Shown here: piece by piece, positions 29,398-39,634 of the stretch
Numbering within the stretch: position 1 is the first letter of the stretch
Layout of the letters: the number at the start of each line of letters is the position of its first letter
Assembly (NCBI GenBank): GCA_934120015.1
Contig: CAKOTD010000002.1
Coordinates: 43,770 to 107,769, forward strand
Direction of reading: 5' to 3'
DNA from: an uncultured Bacilli bacterium
GTDB taxonomy: Bacteria > Bacillota_I > Bacilli_A > RF39 > UBA660
DNA: 64,000 nucleotides
Position numbers and translations under genes: made by a program
The notes under the pieces: generated by a model
Told to the model about the DNA's origin: nothing
What the model saw: the letters and a program-made list of their open reading frames with translations, nothing else
Databases searched by the model: none

Positions 29398-30821
29398 TAT
29401 CTAAATTTTTTAAATTTCTTTTTATTATTATTGTCTATTATTATACTTAATTGATTTTCAAAACATTTAATATCAGGGGCATCTATTAAATTTTTTAATT
29501 CATCAGTACTTGCTATTTTTTGTAATTCTTTAATTAATTCTATTTCATTATTAGTTATAAATATTTTTAATAACTTATCTTTCCCTATTAAATCCTCAAG
29601 ATAATTCCATGGTTCAAAATTTATAATTCTATTATTCATCCTATACTCTATCATCCATCTATAAACTTTAAAATATTCAAAAATTTTATTATTACTAATA
29701 TCTATTTTTAAATCCTCATTTGGATAATATTTCTTCTTTAATAAAATCAAAAAATTTATATTATTAATTTTTTGATATATTATATCAAAATCTTCTTGCC
29801 ATTTACTAATATAATTTTCACCATATAATTTTTTATACTCATTTATATTTAAATTATCATATAATTCATATAAATATATATATTTAATTACATTCTCTAA
29901 GGTAAAATATTTCTTTAGTTCATCTATCATACTATCAATTCCATTACATAAACAAATCTTTTTTAATGTTTCATATCCAAATATTTTTTCTATTTCACTT
30001 TGAAACGAATGATTATTATTTTCTTCATATTTAGATTTTAGTGTTTCTAAACATACTCTAAATAAACTTTTTCCAATATTATTTTCACTTTTTTTAGATA
30101 CTCTTTTATAATATGTAATATCATCCTTAAATTCATTATTTTTTTTTAGTTCTAAACTTAATAAAGCTATCTCTATATCTAACAATGTATCTTCAATTTC
30201 CAATCTTACATCTGGATTTGTATTACTTTCTTCTAAATATAGTATTTTATCTAAGTCCATTAAAATTTTTACTACTTCATGGACATCTAAATATTTTTTC
30301 ATTTCGTTAATTAAGCCTTTTAAATCGGCTTTTAAATAAAATTCTTCTAATTTACTCTTTCCAATTAACTTTTCTATTTTTTTACATATTTTAATTTCAT
30401 TTATATAGCTTGATTCTGATATATTTGTTCCGAAATATCTATTACACATTATTTCTGTATATCCCTCATTAATTGCTCTCCCTAATTCTACTTTTCCACT
30501 ATAAAAATAAAAACCACAATTATACATATTTAAATGTTTAAATCTAGTTGCCATATGAAATAGTTCATGATAAATATTATTATAATCAAAATTTTCCTCT
30601 GATAATGTAATTTTATTTTCTTTTATATTATATTTTCCAAAACAATCGTTCAATGTTATCTTCTCTATTTTAATATTATTTAAATTACTATACATATTTT
30701 CTAATAAATCTTTTAAAAATTTTTGCTGCATTATTTTAATAAATTGATCTGATGACAACTTAAAATTTTTTGTTAATATATCATTTTTATGGTTAAATAA
30801 TTCTTTTTTTAACTGTTTCAT
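29397..30821 (-). CDS. K/N-rich hypothetical protein with HExxH motif (putative zincin-like)
   Basis: 474 aa with 'IYHELFHMATRF…GRAINEGYTEIM' (HExxH plus a downstream E). No signal peptide. Confidence 0.45.
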   Translation of the reverse strand: MKQLKKELFNHKNDILTKNFKLSSDQFIKIMQQKFLKDLLENMYSNLNNIKIEKITLNDCFGKYNIKENKITLSEENFDYNNIYHELFHMATRFKHLNMYNCGFYFYSGKVELGRAINEGYTEIMCNRYFGTNISESSYINEIKICKKIEKLIGKSKLEEFYLKADLKGLINEMKKYLDVHEVVKILMDLDKILYLEESNTNPDVRLEIEDTLLDIEIALLSLELKKNNEFKDDITYYKRVSKKSENNIGKSLFRVCLETLKSKYEENNNHSFQSEIEKIFGYETLKKICLCNGIDSMIDELKKYFTLENVIKYIYLYELYDNLNINEYKKLYGENYISKWQEDFDIIYQKINNINFLILLKKKYYPNEDLKIDISNNKIFEYFKVYRWMIEYRMNNRIINFEPWNYLEDLIGKDKLLKIFITNNEIELIKELQKIASTDELKNLIDAPDIKCFENQLSIIIDNNNKKKFKKFR

Positions 30822-30940
30822 ACTATCACCAATTACAAGATTATCTTTCTGTATATAATTATATCAAACAATTTTATTTTTTTAAAGTTAGCAAAATCAA
30901 AAATCTACATGGATTCATGTAGATTTTCTTTATCAATGTA

Positions 30941-32590
30941 TTATTTTTTTATTTTAAAAATCACTTGGTACATATCATCAAAATCAAATTCTTCACTATC
31001 TATTTCAAAATTCATTTTTTCTATTTCATCTGCACATTTTCTAATTTTATTTATAACATCCCTTAATGTAGGTATTTGTGTATCTTCTTCTTCTATCGAA
31101 GGAACTTCTGATTGCTCATCATCAATATCTAATGTTTCTGTTTCAAGTGGTGTTATAACTTGAGCTACTGGAGGCTCTACCTCTTCTGTTTGATTTACAC
31201 TATCTTCGTTTTGATTATTATTTAATGTAGGCTGCTCTATATTCATATCATTAAATTGATTTAAATTAAATTGTGGAAAACTATTCATATCATTTTGAGA
31301 GTTATTACTTTCATAATTACTTTCTTGACTATCAGATACAACATTAAAATTTTGACCAAATATATTTTCTACTGAAGAAGAGGAATCTATTAAATTATTA
31401 TTAATATTATTTTCTGGATTATCAATGTTTTCTTCTATATCATTTTCAGTTTGAAACATATTAAAGAATTTATTTTGTCTTGGATGTTCATTTACTTCAG
31501 TTTCACTTACCTGATTTATATTTGTGTCCATATTTGTATTTTCTGGATTAAAATTTTGTACACTATCATTTATTTGTTCATTATTAAATGAAACATCGTC
31601 TATAATTGGCCCTGGAATAGGATTTTGATAACTCTGTTCTAATGGTTCTACATCATTTACTATTGGAGCTACTGGTATATCAGTTTCATTCATTTCAGAT
31701 TGTTGTATATTATTTTCGGTTGGTAACATATCATCTGTTATTACTGATGCTTGGTCATTTGTATTTTCTGGATTAATATCTTCAAAACCAAAATCTAACA
31801 CTTCTACATCGGCAGATGCATTTGAAGTAGAAACACTATTGTTATTTTGAATAACATTTTCATTGATTTTTGTACTATCATTTGGAATTACAAATGGATT
31901 TGCTGTGTTTGTTAATGATATATTATTTTCTTGAAAATTTTCTTCTATTGGATTTTTATTAAAACTATCAAATACATTTTGTTCTTTTGAATTCAACATA
32001 TTATTTATCTCCTCATCTGTTTTTCTTACTGTAAGTCTTTCGTCAATTATTTTTTTTAACATCTTTTTTTGATCTGATGATTTAAGTCTTAATAATGCTC
32101 TTGCATGACGTTCTGAAATTTTACTTTCCAATAGTGCATCTTGTACTTCATCATCTAAATTTAACAATCTTAATTTATTTGCAATTGTTGATTGTGAAAC
32201 ACCTAGTTTTTTGGCAAGTTCTTCTTGTGTCATATATCCCATATCAAAAATTTTACGATATGATATAGCTTCCTCTATGGGAGTTAAATCCTGTCTTTGA
32301 ACGTTTTCTATAAGAGCTATTTCTGAACTATCTTTATCATTTAAATCAACTATAATTGCTGGTATATTAGTTTTTCCTGACATGACACTAGCTTTATATC
32401 TTCTTTCACCGGCTATAATTTCATATTTATCACCCATCTTGCGAACAATTATGGGCTGAATTACACCATGTTCTCTAATTGATTCTGACAATTCTACTAT
32501 TGCTTTTTCATCAAATTTAATTCTTGGTTGAAAACGATTTGGCAATATGTCCTCTAAATTTAAAAGAACAACCTGACGATCTTCTTTCAT
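30941..32590 (-). CDS. parB: ParB/Spo0J-family chromosome partitioning protein with long disordered C-terminal extension
   Basis: The N-terminal ~200 aa carry the ParB box 'IIAGERRYKAS' and an HTH ('QEELAKKLGVSQSTIANKL'). Residues ~220–500 are a low-complexity N/Q/E/D-rich region, followed by a short ordered tail. No parA is adjacent. Confidence 0.85.
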   Translation of the reverse strand: MKEDRQVVLLNLEDILPNRFQPRIKFDEKAIVELSESIREHGVIQPIIVRKMGDKYEIIAGERRYKASVMSGKTNIPAIIVDLNDKDSSEIALIENVQRQDLTPIEEAISYRKIFDMGYMTQEELAKKLGVSQSTIANKLRLLNLDDEVQDALLESKISERHARALLRLKSSDQKKMLKKIIDERLTVRKTDEEINNMLNSKEQNVFDSFNKNPIEENFQENNISLTNTANPFVIPNDSTKINENVIQNNNSVSTSNASADVEVLDFGFEDINPENTNDQASVITDDMLPTENNIQQSEMNETDIPVAPIVNDVEPLEQSYQNPIPGPIIDDVSFNNEQINDSVQNFNPENTNMDTNINQVSETEVNEHPRQNKFFNMFQTENDIEENIDNPENNINNNLIDSSSSVENIFGQNFNVVSDSQESNYESNNSQNDMNSFPQFNLNQFNDMNIEQPTLNNNQNEDSVNQTEEVEPPVAQVITPLETETLDIDDEQSEVPSIEEEDTQIPTLRDVINKIRKCADEIEKMNFEIDSEEFDFDDMYQVIFKIKK

Positions 32591-32688
32591 ATTTACTCCT
32601 CCTATTTTATTCTTTTACCCTACATATATAATACTATATTTTGGGAAATAATTCAAGAAAAATATTTCCCAAAATAAAAAAGCCATAT

Positions 32689-33393
32689 TTATAAAGGCTT
32701 CTTTTTAATTTCACTACTTGATCTGGGATATTTTTTTTCTGTTGCTTTTTTCTTTTTAAATAGTAACAAATTTCGTTTGCTTTCTTCTTTTGGCAAAATA
32801 AATTCTTTCCTGTCAACTAATTCTAAAGATAATTTTTGCATAGCATTTTTACAATTTTCTAACTCTTCATCAATATTAGCTTTCATTGCTACAAAATTTT
32901 TATTTATTTTGATTATTGGAGCTGAATACTCTAATAATATATTTAAAGATGCTACTGCACGGGCTACTACTAAATCATATTTTTCTCTATTTTCTTTTGC
33001 ATAGTCTTCTATTCTACTATGAACTGCTTCTATATTTTTTAAATCTAACTCTTTTATTACCTCATTTAAAAAGTTAATTCGTTTATTTAAAGAGTCAACA
33101 AGTGTAATATGAATTTTGGGAAATAATATCTTTATAACTATTCCTGGAAAACCTGCTCCTGTACCAAAGTCACAAATATTTTCAATATTATTTAGTTCAA
33201 TTATATAATTTAATGTTGCACTATCATAAAAATGTTTTAGATAAACATCTTCTTTTTTTACTATTCTTGTTAAATTAATCTTTTCATTCCATATACATAA
33301 TAATTCATAATATTTATTTAGTTGTTCTAATTGTTTTTCATTTATCTCTATATTAATTCTTTTTAATTCTTCTATAAATTCCTTAATGTTCAT
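32689..33393 (-). CDS. rsmG: 16S rRNA (guanine527-N7)-methyltransferase RsmG (GidB)
   Basis: 234 aa with the SAM-binding 'ICDFGTGAGFPGI' motif, in the conserved mnmE–mnmG–rsmG context. Confidence 0.9.
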   Translation of the reverse strand: MNIKEFIEELKRINIEINEKQLEQLNKYYELLCIWNEKINLTRIVKKEDVYLKHFYDSATLNYIIELNNIENICDFGTGAGFPGIVIKILFPKIHITLVDSLNKRINFLNEVIKELDLKNIEAVHSRIEDYAKENREKYDLVVARAVASLNILLEYSAPIIKINKNFVAMKANIDEELENCKNAMQKLSLELVDRKEFILPKEESKRNLLLFKKKKATEKKYPRSSSEIKKKPL

Positions 33394-35263
33394 GAGAAAA
33401 TTCCTTCTTTATATATATACTTAATATAGAAATATCAGCAGGATTTACTCCACTAATACGAAGTGCTTGACCAATTGATGTAGGCTTTACTTCAGTTAAT
33501 TTTTGTTTTGCTTCACTTGCTAAATTATGAATTTTATAATAATCAATTTTATCTGGTATTATTTTATTTTCAAGTAATAACATTTTTTCTGCTTCTTTGA
33601 TTTCTTTTTGAATATAACCCTCATATTTAATATTAATACAAACTTGTTCTAATATTTCATCATCATAAGATAAATCTATAAATTTTTTAATATGATTCAT
33701 TGTAACTTCTGGTCTTTTTAATAATTCATATAATTTAATACCATCTTTTATTGGACTTGTTGGGATTTCTAATAATTTTCTATTTATATTTTCTGTAGGG
33801 GTTATTTTATTAGTCTTTAATATATTCATCAGTTCTTCTATTTTTTGCTTTTTAGTTATTAATTTATTATATCTTTCTTGCTGTAATAATCCTATTTCAT
33901 GTCCTATTTCACCAAGCCTTAAATCAGCATTATCATGTCTTAATAATAATCTATATTCTGCTCTTGATGTAAGCAATCTATATGGATCCCTTATTCCCTT
34001 AGTAACTAAATCATCTATTAATACTCCAATATAAGCCTCATTTCTTTTTAATATTAATGGTGATTTTCCTTCTAATTTTAAAGATGCATTTATTCCAGCT
34101 ATTAATCCTTGACAAGCAGCTTCTTCATAACCACTTGTTCCATTTATTTGACCTGCTGTATATAGATTTTCTATTATTTTGGTTTCAAGAGTCTGCTTTA
34201 ATTGTGTAGGATAAATTGCATCATATTCAATTGCATAAGCATATTTTAATATTTTGGCCTTTTCAAGCCCCGGTAAACTATGAACCATTTTTTCTTGTAT
34301 ATCATGTGGCATGCTTGTAGAAAAACCTTGAATATATATATCATCATAATATAAACTTTCTGGTTCTAAAAATATTTGGTGTCTTTCTTTATCTCTAAAT
34401 CTTACAACTTTATCTTCTATTGATGGACAATATCTTGGCCCTATTCCTTTAATATCACTAAGTCCACCATACATGCTAGATTTATTTAAATTTTCAAGAA
34501 TTATTTTATGTGTTTCTTCTGTTGTATATGTTAAATAGCAAGGAATTTGCTTATCTTTATCATAATAAATATTATTATCAAAACTAAATGTTAAATAATT
34601 ATTATCACCTGGCTCTAATTTTAAATTTTCATAATTTATAGAGTCTTTTGCTATTCTTTGCGGAGTTCCAGTCTTAAGTCTTTTAATTTGAAATCCTAAA
34701 TTTTCTAAGTTTTCACTTAAATAGTTACTTGGTTTTTCTCCATGTGGACCCTCTCTTCTTCTAGTATCACCTACTAATATATCTGCTTTCATATAAGTTC
34801 CTGTAGTAAGTATTACACAAGAAGAATTAATGGTTTGTCCATCCTCTAATTTTACACCAATTACTTTTTTGTCTTCAACTATTAGTTCTTTAACTAATGC
34901 TTCTAATATTTCTAAATTTTCTGTATTTTTTAATGTATTTAACATTTCTTTTGGATATGTAATTTTATCAGCTTGAGCACGTAAGGCTTGGACAGCTGGA
35001 CCTTTTTTATTATTTAACATCTTAATTTGTAATAATGATTTATCAGCATTCCTACCCATTTCTCCGCCTAAAGCATCTATTTCACGAACGACAATTCCTT
35101 TTGCTGATCCTCCTATAGATGGATTACAAGGCATATCCGCTATATTTTTTATATTTCCAGTAATTAATAAAGTTTTATGACCCTTTCTAGCTGCTGCTAG
35201 TGATGCTTCACAACCAGCATGTCCACCACCTACAACTATTATTTCATAATTCATAAAAAACAC
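33383..35263 (-). CDS. mnmG: tRNA uridine 5-carboxymethylaminomethyl modification enzyme MnmG (GidA)
   Basis: 626 aa with the FAD motif 'IIVVGGGHAGCEAS' and a conserved C-terminal domain. Confidence 0.95.
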   Translation of the reverse strand: MFFMNYEIIVVGGGHAGCEASLAAARKGHKTLLITGNIKNIADMPCNPSIGGSAKGIVVREIDALGGEMGRNADKSLLQIKMLNNKKGPAVQALRAQADKITYPKEMLNTLKNTENLEILEALVKELIVEDKKVIGVKLEDGQTINSSCVILTTGTYMKADILVGDTRRREGPHGEKPSNYLSENLENLGFQIKRLKTGTPQRIAKDSINYENLKLEPGDNNYLTFSFDNNIYYDKDKQIPCYLTYTTEETHKIILENLNKSSMYGGLSDIKGIGPRYCPSIEDKVVRFRDKERHQIFLEPESLYYDDIYIQGFSTSMPHDIQEKMVHSLPGLEKAKILKYAYAIEYDAIYPTQLKQTLETKIIENLYTAGQINGTSGYEEAACQGLIAGINASLKLEGKSPLILKRNEAYIGVLIDDLVTKGIRDPYRLLTSRAEYRLLLRHDNADLRLGEIGHEIGLLQQERYNKLITKKQKIEELMNILKTNKITPTENINRKLLEIPTSPIKDGIKLYELLKRPEVTMNHIKKFIDLSYDDEILEQVCINIKYEGYIQKEIKEAEKMLLLENKIIPDKIDYYKIHNLASEAKQKLTEVKPTSIGQALRISGVNPADISILSIYIKKEFSHEH

Positions 35264-35343
35264 CTTCTTTTTGACTTAATTATTATACTATTAAAAAACA
35301 AAATATACAATAAAAAAAGTAATCAATAATAATTTGTTAGTGA

Positions 35344-35778
35344 TTACTTCAATTCTAATATTTTAATTTTTCTTGTTTCTTTATCAAATAATTTTATTTC
35401 TTTATCAGATGAAGATATCTGATAAAAACTATTTACATTTTTATTATCATCTAAATCAAATATTTCACCAGTTTCAACATTAATTATAACTGATGAATTA
35501 TAAATAGGAATAATATCAGAATTTTCTTGTTTTATTTTATTTATTTGATGTTTAACAGATCCCATTTTTGTTAATAAACATACTTCATTACAATGATTAA
35601 TTTTATTATCACATAACTCTATTCCACAAACAATAAGTGAACCTGCTAATAATGCTGTTCCAGTAAATAGTGTTAGTTCGGTAATTATTTTTTTTCTAGC
35701 AGATTTTTCTTCAGGTAAATATTTATTTAAACTTTTTTTATTATTCATATAAATCTTGTCACCTTCTTTTTTTGACAA
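35344..35778 (-). CDS. Hypothetical membrane-anchored protein inserted between mnmE and mnmG
   Basis: 144 aa with a basic N-terminus, one TM helix (LTLFTGTALLAGSLIVCGI) and an extracytoplasmic Cys-containing domain. Confidence 0.45.
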   Translation of the reverse strand: MSKKEGDKIYMNNKKSLNKYLPEEKSARKKIITELTLFTGTALLAGSLIVCGIELCDNKINHCNEVCLLTKMGSVKHQINKIKQENSDIIPIYNSSVIINVETGEIFDLDDNKNVNSFYQISSSDKEIKLFDKETRKIKILELK

Positions 35779-35809
35779 CTATATTATCACATAAGATTTT
35801 AATTGTAAA

Positions 35810-37159
35810 TTATTTTCCTAAACAAAATTTACTAAATAATTTATCTATTAATTCATCTTGATAAGAGTCTCCTGTTATTGTACCAAGTAAATTCCATAAT
35901 GATTTTATGTCTATTTCAACAATATCAATAGGCATATTATTTAATATACCACTTTTTATATCTTTAATTTTATTTAAACATTCTTTTAAAGTTGCAACAT
36001 CTTTAGCATTTGAAATATATGTAAAATCTCCTGTCTCTATTTTTTCTAATTCATACATTTTTTTTATTAAATCTTTTAATTCTTGAATTCCTATATTAGA
36101 TTTTAAACTCATTTTTATTATATTGTTTGTTGGAAATTTATATTTTAAATTTTTTTCTAAATCAATTTTATTAATAACTATTATATAATTTTTATATCTT
36201 ATTTTTTCAAATATACTTATATCCTCAGCTGTTATTTTTTCGTTACTATTAAGTATATAAATTATTAAATCAGCTTTTTCAATATATTCAAGACTTTTCT
36301 GTACTCCAATACTTTCTACATAATCATTAGTTTCCCTTATACCTGCTGTATCTATTATATTAAGAGGAATTCCATCAATATTAATAATTCCTTCTACTAT
36401 ATCTCTAGTAGTTCCTGGAATATCAGTAACAATTGCTTTATTTTCATTTAATAATTTATTTAATAAACTACTTTTTCCAACATTTGGCTTACCAACTATG
36501 ACAGTCTTTATACCTTCTTTAATAATTTGACCATTCTTACTTTCTTTAATAAGATAATTAATTTCTTTTTCGACTTCATCTATTTTAGGTAATATAATTT
36601 CATTTGTTATTTCTTCTATATCATCATATTCAGGATAATCTATATTAACATTTATATTTGCTTCTATATCAAGTAATTTGTCTCTTATTTTTTTTATTTT
36701 TTTAGATAAATTTCCATTTAAAGTATTCATTGCAAGTTTTCTAGCATTCTCACTTTTGGCATTTATCATATCCATAATACCTTCTGCTTCTACTAAATCT
36801 ATTCTTCCATTTAAATAAGCTCTTTTAGTAAATTCACCTGGCTCTGCTAAACGACATCCGTTTTCAAGCAATAATTCTAATATTCTATTAGTTACAGCTA
36901 TTCCTCCATGACAATTAATTTCAACTATATCTTCAGTTGTAAATGTTTTTGGACTTTTCATTACAGAAATTAATACTTCATCTATTAATTCATTATTATA
37001 AATAATGTGGGCATAATTTATTGTATGACTATTTTTACTTTTTAAGTCTATATCACATAAATTATTAACTATATCAAAGGAATTTTCTCCACTTACCCTT
37101 ATTATAGAAATTGCACCAACACTTGAAGATGTAGATATTGCTGCTATTGTATCTTTCAT
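35810..37159 (-). CDS. mnmE: tRNA modification GTPase MnmE (TrmE)
   Basis: 449 aa with the N-terminal 'DTIAAISTSSSVGAISIIRVSG', the G-domain 'GKPNVGKSSLLN' and 'DTAG', and the C-terminal 'CLGK' motif. Confidence 0.95.
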   Translation of the reverse strand: MKDTIAAISTSSSVGAISIIRVSGENSFDIVNNLCDIDLKSKNSHTINYAHIIYNNELIDEVLISVMKSPKTFTTEDIVEINCHGGIAVTNRILELLLENGCRLAEPGEFTKRAYLNGRIDLVEAEGIMDMINAKSENARKLAMNTLNGNLSKKIKKIRDKLLDIEANINVNIDYPEYDDIEEITNEIILPKIDEVEKEINYLIKESKNGQIIKEGIKTVIVGKPNVGKSSLLNKLLNENKAIVTDIPGTTRDIVEGIINIDGIPLNIIDTAGIRETNDYVESIGVQKSLEYIEKADLIIYILNSNEKITAEDISIFEKIRYKNYIIVINKIDLEKNLKYKFPTNNIIKMSLKSNIGIQELKDLIKKMYELEKIETGDFTYISNAKDVATLKECLNKIKDIKSGILNNMPIDIVEIDIKSLWNLLGTITGDSYQDELIDKLFSKFCLGK

Positions 37160-37710
37160 TTTATTACCACCTTAAACATTTTCTTTAACAAATATGGAAA
37201 AACTTCACATGAAACATATTTGTCTACTATTGTTATTAACCATCCCTCTATATACCTTGGAGGAATTATATTTAGCGGAAACATATGTCTTAAAATAGAA
37301 TTTTCTACTCTCTTATTCATATATTGTGGAAAATATTTTTTTGAATTTTCCATTGCTTCTCTTGCATGAACAAATCCATGTTGCTCAAAAAATTTTTTCT
37401 TTTCATGAGGTTCTGTATATGGTTTATAATAAAAATCATGTAATAGACCACTTATTGCTACATCATATTCATTAAATATAATTTTCCCAAATAAAATATT
37501 AACCTTCTTGGCAATATTATACGAAAGAATTGAAACACTAAGTGAATGTTCATAAACACTAATATCACCATGATGACGATATTTTTTTCTTTTTTCAAAT
37601 TCCTTATTTTTTAAAATTTTGCCAACTATATTATAATAATCATCATATTCAGCATTATATTTTGACATAGTTCCTCCTATAATAAAAGGTAAGTAAAACT
37701 TACCTTCCAA
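37156..37710 (-). CDS. HD-domain phosphohydrolase family protein
   Basis: 184 aa with 'HHGDISVYEHSLSVS' and 'LLHDFY' HD-domain motifs; it sits between jag and mnmE. Confidence 0.6.
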   Translation of the reverse strand: MEGKFYLPFIIGGTMSKYNAEYDDYYNIVGKILKNKEFEKRKKYRHHGDISVYEHSLSVSILSYNIAKKVNILFGKIIFNEYDVAISGLLHDFYYKPYTEPHEKKKFFEQHGFVHAREAMENSKKYFPQYMNKRVENSILRHMFPLNIIPPRYIEGWLITIVDKYVSCEVFPYLLKKMFKVVIK

Positions 37711-38314
37711 TATATTTAATTACAACATAACGATTAGGGCTCTCACCTTTACTTTCTGTTGTTAAATTATCATATTTACTTACTAAATTATGTACTATTC
37801 TTCTTTCATATGAATTCATTGGATCAAGTTTAACATCAACTTTAGTAGAAATAACTTCTTTTATAATTTTTTCCACATCTTTTTCCATTTGTTCTATTTT
37901 TCTTTTTTTATAATTTTCAACATCTATTAAAACTCTTATATTTAATCCCGTTTGCACATCAATAAATTTTTTTAATATAATTTGCAAAGAATTAAGCATT
38001 TTTCCATTTCTTCCAATTAAAGCTGAACTATTATCAGAAGTCATTTCAATTTTAATATCATCTTTAATATCGATTATTGAATTAATATTGATATTAATTC
38101 CACTACCAATTTGCCTGATAAAACTATCTAAGGCTTTTTTTATTTCATCTTTTAAAAATATTTTTACTATTACTTTATTAGATTTTAATATACCAACTTT
38201 TTCTATATTATAACAATATAATATATCATTTTCTTCTTTTTTTGTCTCTTTATAAAATTTATCTAATGCCTTTTCTAATGTCTTATCTTCATATACATAA
38301 CTATTTAATAACAT
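37700..38314 (-). CDS. khpB: RNA-binding protein KhpB/Jag (KH + R3H domains)
   Basis: 204 aa with the C-terminal R3H motif 'DPMNSYERRIVHNLVSKYDNLTTESKGE', immediately downstream of yidC. Confidence 0.85.
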   Translation of the reverse strand: MLLNSYVYEDKTLEKALDKFYKETKKEENDILYCYNIEKVGILKSNKVIVKIFLKDEIKKALDSFIRQIGSGINININSIIDIKDDIKIEMTSDNSSALIGRNGKMLNSLQIILKKFIDVQTGLNIRVLIDVENYKKRKIEQMEKDVEKIIKEVISTKVDVKLDPMNSYERRIVHNLVSKYDNLTTESKGESPNRYVVIKYIGR

Positions 38315-39239
38315 AATTCTTTTTCTTCTTTCCCTTTACCAATAAATTTTGAACAATTGTAAATGTACTATTAAATATCCAATATAATTCAATTCCTGTA
38401 GACATAGTAATAGATGCTACACTAATCATAACAACTGATACAATTGACATTGTTTTCATTTGTTTCTCTTGTTCTGCACTCATAGTAGCATTACTATTTA
38501 ATTTAAATGAAAAATAAGTAGTAACTGATACTAATATTACAAAAATTATATAATAATATTTTCCATTAGTGATTGCTGTTATCGGACTTGTTCCTAATTG
38601 AAAACCTAAAAAACTTTCTTCAAATATTACTGGTAAACGATTCATAGCCTCATAGAATGCAAAGAACAAAGGTATTTGTATTAACGCAAATATACAGCCA
38701 GATAGTGGGTTAATATTATATTTCTTATATATAACCATCATTTCTTGACTTTTTTGCATCATACTTTCTTGATCTTGTTTTCCTTGATATTTCTTTTCGA
38801 TTTTTGACAAATCTTTTTGAGCTAATTTTAAATTTTCTGATTGCATTGCTGCTTTTCTTGTCATTGGATATAATATTAATCTTATTAATAGCGTTATTAT
38901 AATTATTGATAAACCATAATTTTTAACAAGTAATCCTAATTTTATAATAACCCATGCCAATGGTCGAACAAATATCGTAGCCCATATTCCATCATAACCA
39001 CCACTTGTAATTTTAAAATTTTCACATTTTGGAAAATTTTCCATTTTTACATTATTTTTTTCATATATTTCTTTTGTTAATTTATCTTCTGGTCTACACA
39101 ATATATTTGATGGCAATACTTGCCCAGTTTGTTCATTTCTAACAACCTTTTTATTTTCGTCTTTTAATTGTTTAGTACAACCAGTAAGTGATAATACCAA
39201 CATCATTAAAATAAATATTTTACCTATTCTTTTCTTCAT
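38301..39239 (-). CDS. yidC: Membrane protein insertase YidC/OxaA (SpoIIIJ-type lipoprotein)
   Basis: 312 aa with a lipobox 'LSLTGC' and a 5-TM core containing the conserved YidC segments; it is downstream of rnpA. Confidence 0.9.
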   Translation of the reverse strand: MKKRIGKIFILMMLVLSLTGCTKQLKDENKKVVRNEQTGQVLPSNILCRPEDKLTKEIYEKNNVKMENFPKCENFKITSGGYDGIWATIFVRPLAWVIIKLGLLVKNYGLSIIIITLLIRLILYPMTRKAAMQSENLKLAQKDLSKIEKKYQGKQDQESMMQKSQEMMVIYKKYNINPLSGCIFALIQIPLFFAFYEAMNRLPVIFEESFLGFQLGTSPITAITNGKYYYIIFVILVSVTTYFSFKLNSNATMSAEQEKQMKTMSIVSVVMISVASITMSTGIELYWIFNSTFTIVQNLLVKGKKKKNYVIK

Positions 39240-39576
39240 TATTTTTCTCCTTTATTATATTTATCTTTTTTAAAACTATATCTAAATCTTTTTCCATTTC
39301 TATAAATGATTTAGATAAGATTCCCTTCCTTACCATTATAATACAATTGAAACCATTTTTAAAGGTATATTTGTCTAAAATTGCTTTTGTTTGTCTTTTA
39401 ATTTTATTTCTGGTAACTGCATGCCCTATTTTTTTCCCTACTGAAAATCCAAAATGATAACTTACATCATTATTTTTTTCATAATAAACAACATAATCGT
39501 TATATTTATATGAATGACACGTTTTAATTATTCTGTTATATTCATCATTACTTTTAATTATATTGATTTTTTTCAT
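39220..39576 (-). CDS. rnpA: Ribonuclease P protein component
   Basis: 118 aa with the RnpA motif 'AVTRNKIKRQTKAIL', downstream of rpmH. Confidence 0.9.
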   Translation of the reverse strand: MKKINIIKSNDEYNRIIKTCHSYKYNDYVVYYEKNNDVSYHFGFSVGKKIGHAVTRNKIKRQTKAILDKYTFKNGFNCIIMVRKGILSKSFIEMEKDLDIVLKKINIIKEKNNEEKNR

Positions 39577-39634
39577 TTTTACCTCCTTTAAAGAATTAAA
39601 ACGCCACTTTTTTAAGTGACGCTTTATAATATTA

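Noticed and set aside
30941-32590. Considered annotating the ParB-family protein as Noc (nucleoid occlusion) because it directly follows rsmG, as noc does
   Set aside because: Noc binds a different palindrome (ATTTCCCGGGAAAT), which I did not see here, whereas five canonical parS sites are nearby. The Spo0J/ParB assignment is favoured but not proven.
32634-32816. 60-aa ORF overlapping the 3' end of rsmG
   Set aside because: It overlaps rsmG in the same orientation and a different frame, and it runs into the rsmG terminator region. It is more likely spurious.
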